A DNA stretch of 64,000 nt from Candidatus Zambryskiibacteriota bacterium (GCA_003173855.1 PPGI01000008.1:10119-74118); one strand, 5' to 3'. Counted from the first letter of the stretch, positions 25,710 through 35,313 are shown. Notes: generated from the letters alone by a model not told the origin. Numbers and translations are program-made.

Positions 25710-26048
25710 TGCGAGGGCGACTACTTTTTTGAAAACCTCTGGATTTTCAGTAGCAAGTGTTGCTAGAATTTTTCGATCTAAACCAACATTTGATTTCTTA
25801 AGCCCTCCCATTACTTTTGAATAAGATTTATTCATTCCTTTTAATGCGTAAGAGATTTTTGTATTCCACATCATTCGGCGATCAGATTTTTTATCTCTAC
25901 GATGATTAAAAGCATATGCTCCTGCATGGAGTAGGGCATCCTTTGCTTGTCGTTCCTTTTTAGATAATCCATGTCGAAAACCCTTTGTTCGAAACAATAT
26001 TGATCGGCGTCGCTTTAGGGCGTTTACTGCTTTCTTTACTCTTGTCAT
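25704..26048 (-). CDS. rplT: 50S ribosomal protein L20
   Basis: 114 aa; L20-like. Confidence 0.93.
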   Translation of the reverse strand: MTRVKKAVNALKRRRSILFRTKGFRHGLSKKERQAKDALLHAGAYAFNHRRDKKSDRRMMWNTKISYALKGMNKSYSKVMGGLKKSNVGLDRKILATLATENPEVFKKVVALAK

Positions 26049-26049
26049 G

Positions 26050-26238
26050 TTAGTTTTTTATGTAGAAGGCTCGGTCTTTGTTTGAAATATTCCAGCTGTA
26101 GCTTCGGTTTTTAGCTAATTGAGAGCGTCTTGATTCCTTTGCATTGAAATGATTTCGGCCCGTTCGACGTGCCAAAATCTTGCCACTTTTTGTGACTTTT
26201 AGTCTTTTTGTAAATGATTTGTTTGTTTTCGTGCTCAT
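26050..26238 (-). CDS. rpmI: 50S ribosomal protein L35
   Basis: 62 aa, basic; lies between infC and rplT. Confidence 0.88.
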   Translation of the reverse strand: MSTKTNKSFTKRLKVTKSGKILARRTGRNHFNAKESRRSQLAKNRSYSWNISNKDRAFYIKN

Positions 26239-26287
26239 GTTTCCTGTTACTATCTACTGTTTACTGCTCACTTAAATTACTGTTCAC

Positions 26288-26797
26288 TTAAGCCCTTTCG
26301 ATTATTACACTTAATCCCTTCGGACTTTTCTTAGCTGGATCGGCAATTTTATAGTCCTCAGTGATTAATTTCAATACGCGTTCCATGCGTTCCCTTAGGA
26401 ACTTTTCGTCCATAAATTTGGTTCTACCTGGGAGAAAAAGGTCGATTTTAATGCGATTTCCTTCCTTTAACCATACCGACGCCTTCTTAGCCTTAAGAGA
26501 TAGATCGTGGTCTCCAGTGCCTACTTTTACCTGAATATTCTTGATTTCAACCGTGTGAGCTTTGTTTTTTGCTACCTTAAGCTTCTTTGATTCAGCGTAT
26601 TGAAATTTACCATAATCCATGATTTTTGCAACCGGAGGGTTGGCTTTAGGGCTTATTTCAATAAGATCTAAGCCTGCTTCTTTTGCTTTCTCGATAGCAT
26701 CACGAAATGAAAGTACTCCAAAGTTTTCTCCATTGGCTCCAATTACTCGGAGTTCAGGAGCAGTTATCTGGTTATTTATTCTTATATTTACTGACAA
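26288..26797 (-). CDS. infC: Translation initiation factor IF-3 (non-ATG start, TTG)
   Basis: 169 aa; IF3 N- and C-domains; the usual infC-rpmI-rplT operon. Confidence 0.92.
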   Translation of the reverse strand: MSVNIRINNQITAPELRVIGANGENFGVLSFRDAIEKAKEAGLDLIEISPKANPPVAKIMDYGKFQYAESKKLKVAKNKAHTVEIKNIQVKVGTGDHDLSLKAKKASVWLKEGNRIKIDLFLPGRTKFMDEKFLRERMERVLKLITEDYKIADPAKKSPKGLSVIIERA

Positions 26798-26950
26798 TTT
26801 CTCTTTTATTATTAATTAATATTGCCAAAACAATAACATATTTTGACTATATTACAAATTAGATTTATTCATATCCACAGCTATAAGACTTAGCCTATCA
26901 TTTATTGATATAATATCTTTAAGAAGATTTATTATTTATTTAAATTTATT

Positions 26951-28006
26951 ATGAAAAAAATTATCTCAACCCTGGTAGTTTCTCTTACGCTTTTAGCTCC
27001 GGAAATGATCCAAGCGGATATTCTTTCTACTGTTCCTCTGGCTCCTGCAGCAACTACTACTCCAGCTTCAAGCCCATTATCATGTTTTAATTTTACTAGG
27101 ACTTTGAAGTCGGGAAGTACATTATATGATGTTCGTGCCTTGCAATATGCAATGCAGAAAGAGGGTTTCAGCATTCCAGTTTCAGAATACGGCAGATTCG
27201 GAGACGCAACTCTAGCTGCGGTAAATGCATTTCAGCAAAAATATGCAAGTGATATTTTAACAAATGGACAGTCTCCAACGGGAATGGTTGGTCTGAATAC
27301 CAGAAGGAAACTAAATTCATTATATGGTTGCGATGTTGTTGTTCCAGTTGCTCCAATGACGGTTCCTACCAATGTTTCATTACAAATTAAAAATGTGACG
27401 ATCGATAGCAATGGAGTTACTGCAACATTCTGCAATCAAAGTCCAACTGCCATTCCGGTATTTCCTGCTCGTGTAAGATTAAACGGAATCATTCGTGATT
27501 TCGATATCACAGCTGCTAGGGGGCAGGGAGCATGTGATACGGTTACATTTCCTTATGCAACGTGGGGTCTAACTTTTGATCCATCTTCAACTTACGGGGT
27601 GGTTACTGCACTTGACCCAAATGGAATGTATAAAACAAGTTCTATTGTATACCCATTAAGTACAACAACAACATTGGCAATTCCTGCTATTGACGGTGCT
27701 CATCTGTCAGTTCGAGGTGTCTTTATTAAATCGAGTGGTTTGCAAGGAACTTTTTGTAACTTAGGAACTACAGACCTAGCTTCTTATCCAGTTAGGGTAG
27801 TCCTTAATGGAGTTACAAAAGATTTTGAGGTTCCTGGCGCATATATGCATGGCAAATGTTCAACCGTTACTTGGACATATGATAATTGGGGAGTTTCATC
27901 TACTACAGGTACGTATGTTTCAGCTACTGTAAATATTGATCCTAATAATATTATTAAGGAAACAAACGAGTACGATAACTCAGCTTCTATTTCTGGAACG
28001 ATATAA
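26951..28006 (+). CDS. Secreted protein with a peptidoglycan-binding (PG_binding_1-like) domain and two CARDB-like repeats
   Basis: Signal peptide; PG-binding-like helix bundle (LYDVRALQYAMQKEGF...GDATLAAVNAFQQ); two ~110-aa repeats with conserved Cys pairs. Confidence 0.6.
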   Translation: MKKIISTLVVSLTLLAPEMIQADILSTVPLAPAATTTPASSPLSCFNFTRTLKSGSTLYDVRALQYAMQKEGFSIPVSEYGRFGDATLAAVNAFQQKYASDILTNGQSPTGMVGLNTRRKLNSLYGCDVVVPVAPMTVPTNVSLQIKNVTIDSNGVTATFCNQSPTAIPVFPARVRLNGIIRDFDITAARGQGACDTVTFPYATWGLTFDPSSTYGVVTALDPNGMYKTSSIVYPLSTTTTLAIPAIDGAHLSVRGVFIKSSGLQGTFCNLGTTDLASYPVRVVLNGVTKDFEVPGAYMHGKCSTVTWTYDNWGVSSTTGTYVSATVNIDPNNIIKETNEYDNSASISGTI

Positions 28007-28031
28007 TTAAGCTTAAGCTTATGTTATTAAA

Positions 28032-28058
28032 AACAAAAACCGCCTTCGCGGTTTTTGT
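28032..28058. terminator. Bidirectional terminator (aaaaccgccttcgcggttttt); terminates ssrA on the minus strand
   Basis: Perfect hairpin flanked by A and T runs. Confidence 0.7.
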
Positions 28059-28068
28059 TTTGTATTTG

Positions 28069-28451
28069 TGGAGATGGTGGTATCGAAACCACGTCCATAT
28101 ATAGAATTGAAACGAATCTACAGTGCTTAGGATATTTAATTGTTTAAAACACAAAGCTTAGAACAGCCAAAATACTTTGTATTCGAGTTCCTATTTTTCG
28201 GAAGTTTCCGGAACAAGGAACTTCTATAACCTCAATTTATATCAATCAACTTCTCGTATGAGATATGAGAGAAGCGACCGTCCCTTAGGCTAAAGCGTAA
28301 GAGAAAGTATAGGCTCCGTAAGGAGAAACTACACCCTTAGACAAGTTTTTTACACTTAATCTTTCCAAACCGTTTTAGGAGAATTTGGTGCTCCGCATTG
28401 CACGTATCAATGTCGAATATATGTCAAAACCTGTCATCCCCGCTCTTTGTA
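28069..28451 (-). ncRNA. ssrA: tmRNA (ssrA), ~383 nt
   Basis: 5' GGGGAUG pairs with 3' CAUCUCC, including the G3:U70 pair that marks alanine charging. tRNA-like T-arm (GUGG-UUUCGAUA-CCAC); discriminator A; CCA not encoded. Internal tag reading frame GCC UAU ACU UUC UCU UAC GCU UUA GCC UAA (AYTFSYALA*) at 28285..28314. Adjacent to smpB. Confidence 0.75.
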
Positions 28452-28688
28452 CGCGACTACAGAAAGTGCCACATATAAATTATTTCTTTTATTTTTGTGT
28501 TTACTGCACTAACAATTTCGTGTCCAAAGAGCGGGGCAGGCCCCTACAATAAACCTCGTTGAACTATGACTTTTTCAGCATCGCGGAGTGCATGAAGCAC
28601 GAGCGCGAGGAAAATTTTTAGCAAAAAATTATTCCGGTGATGAAAAAGTTATGGTGAAAAAGAGATTTACTCTAGGCCGAATCAGGTT

Positions 28689-29132
28689 TTATTTGTCAGA
28701 GAACTCTCGACTGATCTCACGGTCAGTGTCACGCTTTTTGATTGTTTGTCGTTTATCAAATTTTTTCTTTCCGCGAACTGTTGCGAGACCAAGTTTCAGC
28801 TTGCGGCCTTTATTGTACACTGAAATTGGGATGATTGTCAAGCCCTTTGTACCTTCGTTTTTTGACAATTTAGTTAACTCTTCCTTTGTAAGTAATAATC
28901 TTCTGTTTCTATATGGATCGTAGTCAGCTGGAGTGTTATTTACTTGGTATGGTGGCACAAACATGCCTGTAACGTAAGCTTCATTTCCGCGGATAGTTAT
29001 GTAAGCTCCCTCAAGTGACCCTTTGCCAGATTTTAGAGATTTCACTTCAAAACCAAAAAGCTCAATACCAGCAGTATATTTATCTAGGATTTCGTAATTA
29101 AATTGCGTCTTGCGGTTTGTGACTAATGACAT
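28689..29132 (-). CDS. smpB: SsrA-binding protein SmpB
   Basis: 147 aa; SmpB-like (FNYEILDKYTAGIELFGFEVKS...). Confidence 0.92.
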   Translation of the reverse strand: MSLVTNRKTQFNYEILDKYTAGIELFGFEVKSLKSGKGSLEGAYITIRGNEAYVTGMFVPPYQVNNTPADYDPYRNRRLLLTKEELTKLSKNEGTKGLTIIPISVYNKGRKLKLGLATVRGKKKFDKRQTIKKRDTDREISREFSDK

Positions 29133-29220
29133 AAAAGAAATAGTAACATAGTTTAAATACTCTTTACTTATAAGTATAGTGGAGTATAGTTAATTTTGGA
29201 CAATCTCTCAGGGAGGTGGT

Positions 29221-29433
29221 ATGGACCGAAAGTCGATCTCGATCATGAAAGCGTGCGAGTTGGTGGGCGTTTCTCGGCGGACGATTTACAACTGGCTCTC
29301 GAGTGGCAAGATCGAGTACGTTCGGACTGCTGGGGGGTCGGTACGAATCTTCGTCGACTCGTTGTGGCGCGATCCGCATAAGGTCGATCGGCCAGCAGTT
29401 CAGACTGTCTTGCAGGCTGAAGGGCGGAGCTAG
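29221..29433 (+). CDS. Excisionase-family helix-turn-helix DNA-binding protein, GC-rich (~58% GC)
   Basis: ELVGVSRRTIYNWLSSGKIEY is an Xis/MerR-type HTH. GGGAGG SD. Local GC far above the genome background. Confidence 0.65.
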   Translation: MDRKSISIMKACELVGVSRRTIYNWLSSGKIEYVRTAGGSVRIFVDSLWRDPHKVDRPAVQTVLQAEGRS

Positions 29434-29467
29434 CCTTTCAGAACAGAACTACGATAGCACGAAAATC

Positions 29468-29491
29468 TAAGGGGCGGCTTAACCGCCCCTT
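29468..29491 (+). terminator. Terminator hairpin (ggggcggcttaaccgcccc + TTT)
   Basis: GC stem plus T tail after the xis-like gene. Confidence 0.55.
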
Positions 29492-29555
29492 TCTGTACAT
29501 CTAATTTTCACTTTTATTTTGATTAAATTCATGTATACTGTGCCTTATTAAATAT

Positions 29556-31502
29556 ATGGCATTACCTGAAAACAAAGACAAAAAGAAGATCATAATAAAG
29601 AAGTCTTCCAATGGAAACAGCAAAGGACCGAAAGAAAGTTCTATAATGAACTACATTCTATCGATCCTTCTCGTTTTTATTGTTATTTCAACTATTTATT
29701 CTTTTGTTTCAAATACTACGAGCAAGAAAACTCCAGAAATTCCACTTTCAACTCTTGCTCAAGATATAAAAGGTGGAGCTGTTAAAGAAATTACCGTAAA
29801 TGGAGATGATTTAAACGTTGAATATAAAACTGGTGACAAGAAAAATTCTAGGAAAGAAGATGCAGTGGCTCTATCACAATCTCTTGATAATTTGGGAGTG
29901 AGCAAAGAACAATTAAGCCAAATAGGCATTAATATTCAAAATCAAAATGGACTTGGTTACTGGTTGCTAAATCTTGCTCCAATTATTTTCCCAATATTAT
30001 TTATTTTGATTTTTGTTTGGTTTCTATCTCGTCAAGTTAAAGGTGCAGGAATTCAAGCATTAACTTTTGGTCAATCGAAAGCACGAATGATTGATCCAAA
30101 TGACAAAAGTCAGAGAGTAACATTTAAAGATGTCGCAGGAGCAAAAGAAGCAAAAGAAGAACTGCTTGAAATTGTTGATTTCCTCCGAAATCCGAAAAAA
30201 TTTCTTGATATTGGTGCTAGGATTCCAAAAGGAATTCTCTTAATGGGTGCACCTGGAACTGGAAAAACTTTGCTCGCACGAGCAGTAGCTGGGGAAGCGG
30301 GAGTAGCATTCTTTTCAATTTCTGGATCAGAATTCGTAGAAATGTTCGTCGGTGTCGGTGCTTCACGTGTAAGAGATTTATTTTTAATGGCCAAGAAAAA
30401 CGCACCAGCAATTATTTTCGTAGATGAGATTGATGCTGTCGGACGTGTCCGAGGAGTTGGTGCTGGTGGTGGAAACGATGAACGAGAGCAAACACTGAAT
30501 CAGATTCTAGTTGAAATGGATGGATTTGAACCAAACGAAAAAGTAATTGTCATGGCTGCAACAAACAGACCAGATGTTCTTGATCCAGCTCTGCTTCGAC
30601 CAGGACGATTTGATCGACGAGTGACTCTTGATTTGCCGGACAGGCGAGACAGAGAAGAAATTTTGCGAGTTCACAGTGGTAAAAAACCATTTGCCGAAGA
30701 TGTTAATCTAAAAGTTATCGCCGAAAGAACGCCAGGTTTTTCCGGAGCTGATCTTTATTCTTTAATGAACGAAGGAGCAATTTTAGCAGCGCGAGAAAAT
30801 AGAACAAAAATTTCTCAATTCGATTTGATTCGTTCGATTGAAAAAGTAATGCTTGGTCCTGAACGACGCAGTCATATTTTGTCGAAAAAAGAAAAAGAAA
30901 TTACTGCATATCACGAAGCAGGTCATGCGGTACTTGCTTCACTTCTCCCATATGCTGATCCAGTGCACAAAATTTCAATCATAGCTCGCGGTCGTGCTGC
31001 AGGTTATGTTTTAAAACTTCCACTTGAAGATACAAAACTCCAATCACGAAAAGAGTTTCTTGATGATATTGCAGTGTCTCTTGGAGGATATGTTACAGAA
31101 AAAATGCTTTTTGATGATTTAACTACTGGTCCATCAAATGATTTGCAAGTTTCGACTGCTCTTGCTCGGGATATGGTTACAAAATACGGAATGTCTGATT
31201 CTGTTGGTCCAATTGCTCTTGAAGGAGCAGGTGGAAAGGTTTTATTTGGAAGGGGAGTTGAAGAACAAGGTTTTTCAGAAAAAGTTGCTTCAGATATTGA
31301 TGCAGAAGTTTCGCGTATTATGAAAGAAGCACTTGAGAAAGCAAAGAAAGTCATTACTGAAAATAGAAAACTTCTTGATGCAATTGCAAAACGACTGATG
31401 GAAGTAGAAACAATTGAACGTGCAGAATTTGAAAATATTTTAATTACTCACGGAGTTAGCCCAAAACAAAAAATGGATATTGAGCATCAACCATTAGTTT
31501 GA
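29556..31502 (+). CDS. ftsH: ATP-dependent zinc metalloprotease FtsH
   Basis: N-terminal transmembrane region; AAA Walker A/B ([16 protein letters not shown]); HEAGHA zinc motif; TGA stop. Confidence 0.96.
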   Translation: MALPENKDKKKIIIKKSSNGNSKGPKESSIMNYILSILLVFIVISTIYSFVSNTTSKKTPEIPLSTLAQDIKGGAVKEITVNGDDLNVEYKTGDKKNSRKEDAVALSQSLDNLGVSKEQLSQIGINIQNQNGLGYWLLNLAPIIFPILFILIFVWFLSRQVKGAGIQALTFGQSKARMIDPNDKSQRVTFKDVAGAKEAKEELLEIVDFLRNPKKFLDIGARIPKGILLMGAPGTGKTLLARAVAGEAGVAFFSISGSEFVEMFVGVGASRVRDLFLMAKKNAPAIIFVDEIDAVGRVRGVGAGGGNDEREQTLNQILVEMDGFEPNEKVIVMAATNRPDVLDPALLRPGRFDRRVTLDLPDRRDREEILRVHSGKKPFAEDVNLKVIAERTPGFSGADLYSLMNEGAILAARENRTKISQFDLIRSIEKVMLGPERRSHILSKKEKEITAYHEAGHAVLASLLPYADPVHKISIIARGRAAGYVLKLPLEDTKLQSRKEFLDDIAVSLGGYVTEKMLFDDLTTGPSNDLQVSTALARDMVTKYGMSDSVGPIALEGAGGKVLFGRGVEEQGFSEKVASDIDAEVSRIMKEALEKAKKVITENRKLLDAIAKRLMEVETIERAEFENILITHGVSPKQKMDIEHQPLV

Positions 31503-31545
31503 CACCAATTTTATTTCTGGTACTATTTTTTGTGGAGGTGTAAGA

Positions 31546-31758
31546 GTGAGTTCTCCTGAACGTACAATTACAAGACAAATGGCGCTGATTTTTGTCGAGC
31601 AGATGAGACACGAAGTTTCAATGCTCGGTGACACCCAGTGTGCCGTGGACATTAACAATGTTCTCGAACTGCTTCGTCGAGGAGCGTACCCTCCCGATGT
31701 CGCTCACTTTCTGGTGACAATGATGAGGAATGGAGCAAAACTTCAAACCTCAATGTAA
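31546..31758 (+). CDS. Hypothetical 70-aa protein in a GC-rich islet (GTG start)
   Basis: GGAGG SD; GC ~50%; followed by a GC hairpin terminator at 31775..31797. Confidence 0.35.
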   Translation: MSSPERTITRQMALIFVEQMRHEVSMLGDTQCAVDINNVLELLRRGAYPPDVAHFLVTMMRNGAKLQTSM

Positions 31759-31807
31759 GCAGTGTTCACGCAAAAGGCCGGCAACCCGCCGGCCTTTCCT
31801 ATACATG

Positions 31808-31881
31808 TCCGCCTGCTTGGACTCGAACCAAGGACCCCAGAGGTATAAGCTCTGTGCTCTAACCAACTGAGCTACAGGCGG
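31808..31881 (-). tRNA. tRNA with anticodon UAU (predicted Ile, AUA-reading)
   Basis: Canonical cloverleaf: acceptor CCGCCUG/CAGGCGG; D-arm GCUC-AGUUGGUUA-GAGC; anticodon stem CAGAG/CUCUG with loop CUUAUAC; T-arm CUUGG-UUCGAGU-CCAAG; discriminator A; CCA not encoded. Confidence 0.75.
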
Positions 31882-31977
31882 AAAACATATTTAAAATTAA
31901 CACATTTTGATAAATAAAAAAACTTCTATTGACAAATATAATTTAAATACTATTGTAATGGCGGAAGGAGTTTTCTG

Positions 31978-32322
31978 ATGGCTGAGAATTTACCGAAGGA
32001 TATGTCGAGAATAGTTTTGCGGATCTCGACAGAGAAGGACAATCCACAAAAGCTTCGCAATGTCGAATTTCGGATCGATCCGAAAAACGACGATGCTATT
32101 CGAATCCTTGATCGTGACTTGCACGATGTTTTCTCGGTCACAGTTCGAAAGACATGGACCAATATGCCAGAGAGGATGGTTCAAAGTTATGCGAACGAAG
32201 CGTTAATCGATGCTGTCATTCGGGCATTCTATGCTGTACTGGTTGCGGGTCCACTTACACCAGTACAAGAGAAAGCAATCCATCGTGCTGTTCCTGATCT
32301 CGTCATCACTCTACCCAAGTAG
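31978..32322 (+). CDS. Hypothetical 114-aa protein in the GC-rich islet
   Basis: TTGACA promoter and AAGGAG SD upstream; own hairpin terminator. Confidence 0.4.
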   Translation: MAENLPKDMSRIVLRISTEKDNPQKLRNVEFRIDPKNDDAIRILDRDLHDVFSVTVRKTWTNMPERMVQSYANEALIDAVIRAFYAVLVAGPLTPVQEKAIHRAVPDLVITLPK

Positions 32323-32409
32323 TCCACAAGAAAAAGTTCTCAAGACTTCTTGTGGACTTTTTCATTGACATAGAAATTTCGGGTGATATCTTTAAATCTC
32401 GGAGGTTCT

Positions 32410-32607
32410 ATGAATTCAGATGAGAACCGAACGACTACGTTTGGTCAAGTTCCAGTTGGCGGTGAGTTCTATGGTGAGGGGACAGACACCAAATTCAAAA
32501 AGGAATCCTACAACGAGTGTATTGTTGTTGAGGGTCCGGGAAAAGGACGGACGTTTCCAGTGTACGATCCTGGATGGATCGTCGAACCGGCAATTATTGA
32601 GTTGTAG
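32410..32607 (+). CDS. Hypothetical 65-aa protein (the ORF track starts at 32383; the SD-supported ATG is at 32410)
   Basis: GGAGG SD 4 nt before the ATG; terminator hairpin at 32612..32636. Confidence 0.35.
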   Translation: MNSDENRTTTFGQVPVGGEFYGEGTDTKFKKESYNECIVVEGPGKGRTFPVYDPGWIVEPAIIEL

Positions 32608-32693
32608 TTAGCTGAGGGGCCCGCATGTGCGGGCTCTTTACATAATTATGAATTTGACTATAGTAATTTTAGAAACATTAGATAGGAGGTCCG

Positions 32694-33026
32694 ATGACAC
32701 CAGGTGCAGCTCGTTTCTCGAAGAGCATCATGGCTATAAGCCAAAGCCTCAAGTCCGGAGTTCCGAGTGACGCTGAGCTCTCTCGGCTTCTCAGAGAAAC
32801 AGGAGCGGTGGTAAACGAGAAATCCAAAACCATTCTCCTCAATACTTTATTCGACATACGGGGACGTGAGAACCGTCTTGCGACAATCAACATTGTTGCA
32901 AGGTGCTTCAAGAGTCTAACCAAACCTGTTCCCGCTGAGCCTGAGAGAATGGCCGACATCGATTACGACGATTTCACAGAAATCGATCCGACTGCAGTGG
33001 AAGTTCCAACAGGCGAGTGGCGATAA
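32694..33026 (+). CDS. Hypothetical 110-aa acidic protein in the GC-rich islet
   Basis: AGGAGG SD; terminator hairpin at 33033..33057. Confidence 0.4.
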   Translation: MTPGAARFSKSIMAISQSLKSGVPSDAELSRLLRETGAVVNEKSKTILLNTLFDIRGRENRLATINIVARCFKSLTKPVPAEPERMADIDYDDFTEIDPTAVEVPTGEWR

Positions 33027-33068
33027 ACAAAAGGGAGCAGGTAATCTGCTCCCTTTGTTCTATATTTT

Positions 33069-35243
33069 TTATTCAAAATGGATTTTGTTATTTTTATTTT
33101 GCAAAGCTTCTTTTAATTTTGGATAATTTTTTAATTCTGGATCTTCATCTAGTATTCGCATAGCTTCAGTCCGACTGGCTTCAACCATTTTTATATTTTT
33201 AATTCCTTCCATAGCCAAGTCGGAGAGTCCCCATTGTTTTCTCCCATACAATTCTCCCGCTCCGCGTTGTTCTAAATCAAATTCAGCTAATTCGAATCCA
33301 TTTTTGGCGGTAGTCAGGGCTTTCAGGCGATCGCGAGTTTTTTGGCCTTGGCTTTCGGCAAATACGTAACAATATGCTTGATGATTTGATCTGATAACTC
33401 GTCCGCGAAGCTGATGAAGTTGAGACAATCCAAATCGTTCAGCCCCCTCGATAATAATCATTGTTGCGTTAGGAACATTGACTCCGACTTCAACAACAGA
33501 TGTTGCTACGAGAATTTTTGTTTCTCCATGTGAAAATTTATCCATCACTTTTTCTTTTTCCTGCGGAGTCATTTTGGAATGCAAAATATCTATAGTGAAT
33601 TCAGAAAAAACTTCCTTTTTAAGTCGTTCTGCTTCGAGAGTTACAGATTTTGCAATAACTGCTAATTCTTTTGTTGGGTCAGGTTCATCAATTCTCGGAC
33701 AAATAACATAAAGTTGTCTTCCGGTTCGCAATTCTTTTTTAATTTCCTCGTAGGTTTGTGCTCGAGCTTGCGGCAAAATTATTTTTGTAATAATCGGTTT
33801 TCGTCCATGTGGCATCTGATCAAGTAAAGTGAGATCAAGATCGCCATAAATTGTAAGCGAAAGCGTTCGAGGAATAGGAGTGGCTGTCATCGAAAGTAAA
33901 TGAGGAGTCAATTCGTTTTTAGTAAGTAATTTTTGTCTCTGTAGAGTTCCAAAACGATGTTGTTCATCAATCACTACATAAGCCAAATGTTTAAAAGCTA
34001 CAGTTTTTTGAATAAGTGTATGAGTACCAATTAGTATTGGCACTTCACCATTTGAAACCCAATTCAATAATTGTGCGCGAGAAATTTTTGTTGGTTTGGT
34101 TGCATCAGTTTTTGATGGAAAAATTTTACATTCACTTCCGGTAATTAGTCCAATTTTTATTGGTAGGTGATTAAAATAGGAAATAAAGTTTTCATAATGC
34201 TGCTTTGCAAGAATTTCTGTTGGGCACATGTATGCAGTCTGGAGATTTCCATAATCTTTTCCATCAGGTCGTGCCATAGTTACAGCATAAATTGTAGTTG
34301 CCGCTACGGCAGTTTTTCCTGAACCGACATCTCCTTCCAATAGGCGAGACATTGGATAACCTCGGCGAAAATCTGAAACGATTGCTTCTATTGCTTTTTT
34401 TTGCGAATCTGTAGCTTTAAATGGAAATCTTTTAATAAAATCAGAGATATCTTTTGTACTTGTTTTAATATTGAATGCACTTTTATCTTGCCAAGTTATT
34501 TTGTTTTTCTGCTTTTCAAGCTGAATAAAAAATATTTCTTGGAAAGCAAATCGTTTTCTTGCTGAAAGTGCATCGCGATCATTTTTTGGTGTATGGATCC
34601 AAATTAAAGCTGTTCGAATATTTGGCAGAGAATATTTTTTTAAAATTTCTTCTGGAATAGGATCAACTATATTTTCAATTATACCCATGCGAAAAATATC
34701 TTGGATTTTATGAAATATCCAATTTGAAGTAATGCCTTTGGTTTCTGCGTACACTGGATAGAGAATATGATCATCTGATCCCTTTCCAAACAGTTCTCCA
34801 GTATCAGGAATTTGATCAATGGCTTCAATTTTCGGATTGCTCATGTAAAGTTCACCTTTGCGCTCTGTGACTTTTCCTTCGGCTCTCACTAATTGTCCTT
34901 CTCGAATCATTTTGGCAATGTATGGTTGATTGAACCAGACGAGTTTGATTTTGCCGGTCTCGTCCGAAATAAATCCATCAGACATTGGTATTTTTTTTAC
35001 CCAAGCTTTCGAAGTTTTAAGTCCAGAAACTTTTCCAAAAATAGTTACTTGATCTCCTTTAACTAATCCTTCGATCCGCTTTACTTGATTAGGATCTCCG
35101 TATCGAAAAGGGAAGTAGTAGAGCAAATCCTCAATTGTCACTAAACCAAGTTTTCCTAGTGCTTTTTTTTGAAATTCACTGAGTCGGAATGTTTCAGAAA
35201 GTTTAGAGTCTAACTGCATGTCGCTAGTGTAGCATGTGTTCAT
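33069..35243 (-). CDS. recG: ATP-dependent DNA helicase RecG
   Basis: 724 aa; wedge domain plus helicase motifs (GDVGSGKT, DEQHRFG). Confidence 0.93.
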   Translation of the reverse strand: MNTCYTSDMQLDSKLSETFRLSEFQKKALGKLGLVTIEDLLYYFPFRYGDPNQVKRIEGLVKGDQVTIFGKVSGLKTSKAWVKKIPMSDGFISDETGKIKLVWFNQPYIAKMIREGQLVRAEGKVTERKGELYMSNPKIEAIDQIPDTGELFGKGSDDHILYPVYAETKGITSNWIFHKIQDIFRMGIIENIVDPIPEEILKKYSLPNIRTALIWIHTPKNDRDALSARKRFAFQEIFFIQLEKQKNKITWQDKSAFNIKTSTKDISDFIKRFPFKATDSQKKAIEAIVSDFRRGYPMSRLLEGDVGSGKTAVAATTIYAVTMARPDGKDYGNLQTAYMCPTEILAKQHYENFISYFNHLPIKIGLITGSECKIFPSKTDATKPTKISRAQLLNWVSNGEVPILIGTHTLIQKTVAFKHLAYVVIDEQHRFGTLQRQKLLTKNELTPHLLSMTATPIPRTLSLTIYGDLDLTLLDQMPHGRKPIITKIILPQARAQTYEEIKKELRTGRQLYVICPRIDEPDPTKELAVIAKSVTLEAERLKKEVFSEFTIDILHSKMTPQEKEKVMDKFSHGETKILVATSVVEVGVNVPNATMIIIEGAERFGLSQLHQLRGRVIRSNHQAYCYVFAESQGQKTRDRLKALTTAKNGFELAEFDLEQRGAGELYGRKQWGLSDLAMEGIKNIKMVEASRTEAMRILDEDPELKNYPKLKEALQNKNNKIHFE

Positions 35244-35313
35244 TTTTTGCTATAGGTCGCGAACGTTTTTGTCTTAATGTGAAAGGGCAAGTCCGTAGAC
35301 CTGCCCTCTAGAC

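Noticed and set aside
28588-28923. 111-aa plus-strand ORF overlapping smpB
   Set aside because: It is antisense to SmpB, which is clearly real. Its 5' part overlaps the tmRNA promoter region.
29164-29381. ORFs 29164-29379 (minus) and 29196-29381 (plus) overlapping the xis-like gene
   Set aside because: These are alternative frames of the GC-rich segment. The HTH-containing frame (29221-29433) has an SD and a recognisable fold.
30110-31354. Antisense or alternate-frame ORFs inside ftsH (30110-30394, 30217-30411, 31004-31354, 31138-31323)
   Set aside because: They lie inside the FtsH coding sequence.
31950-33026. Minus-strand ORFs 31950-32162, 31990-32184, 32678-32959 and plus-strand 32420-32611 in the GC-rich islet
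   Set aside because: They are antisense to or alternate frames of SD-supported plus-strand ORFs. GC-rich DNA yields long spurious frames.
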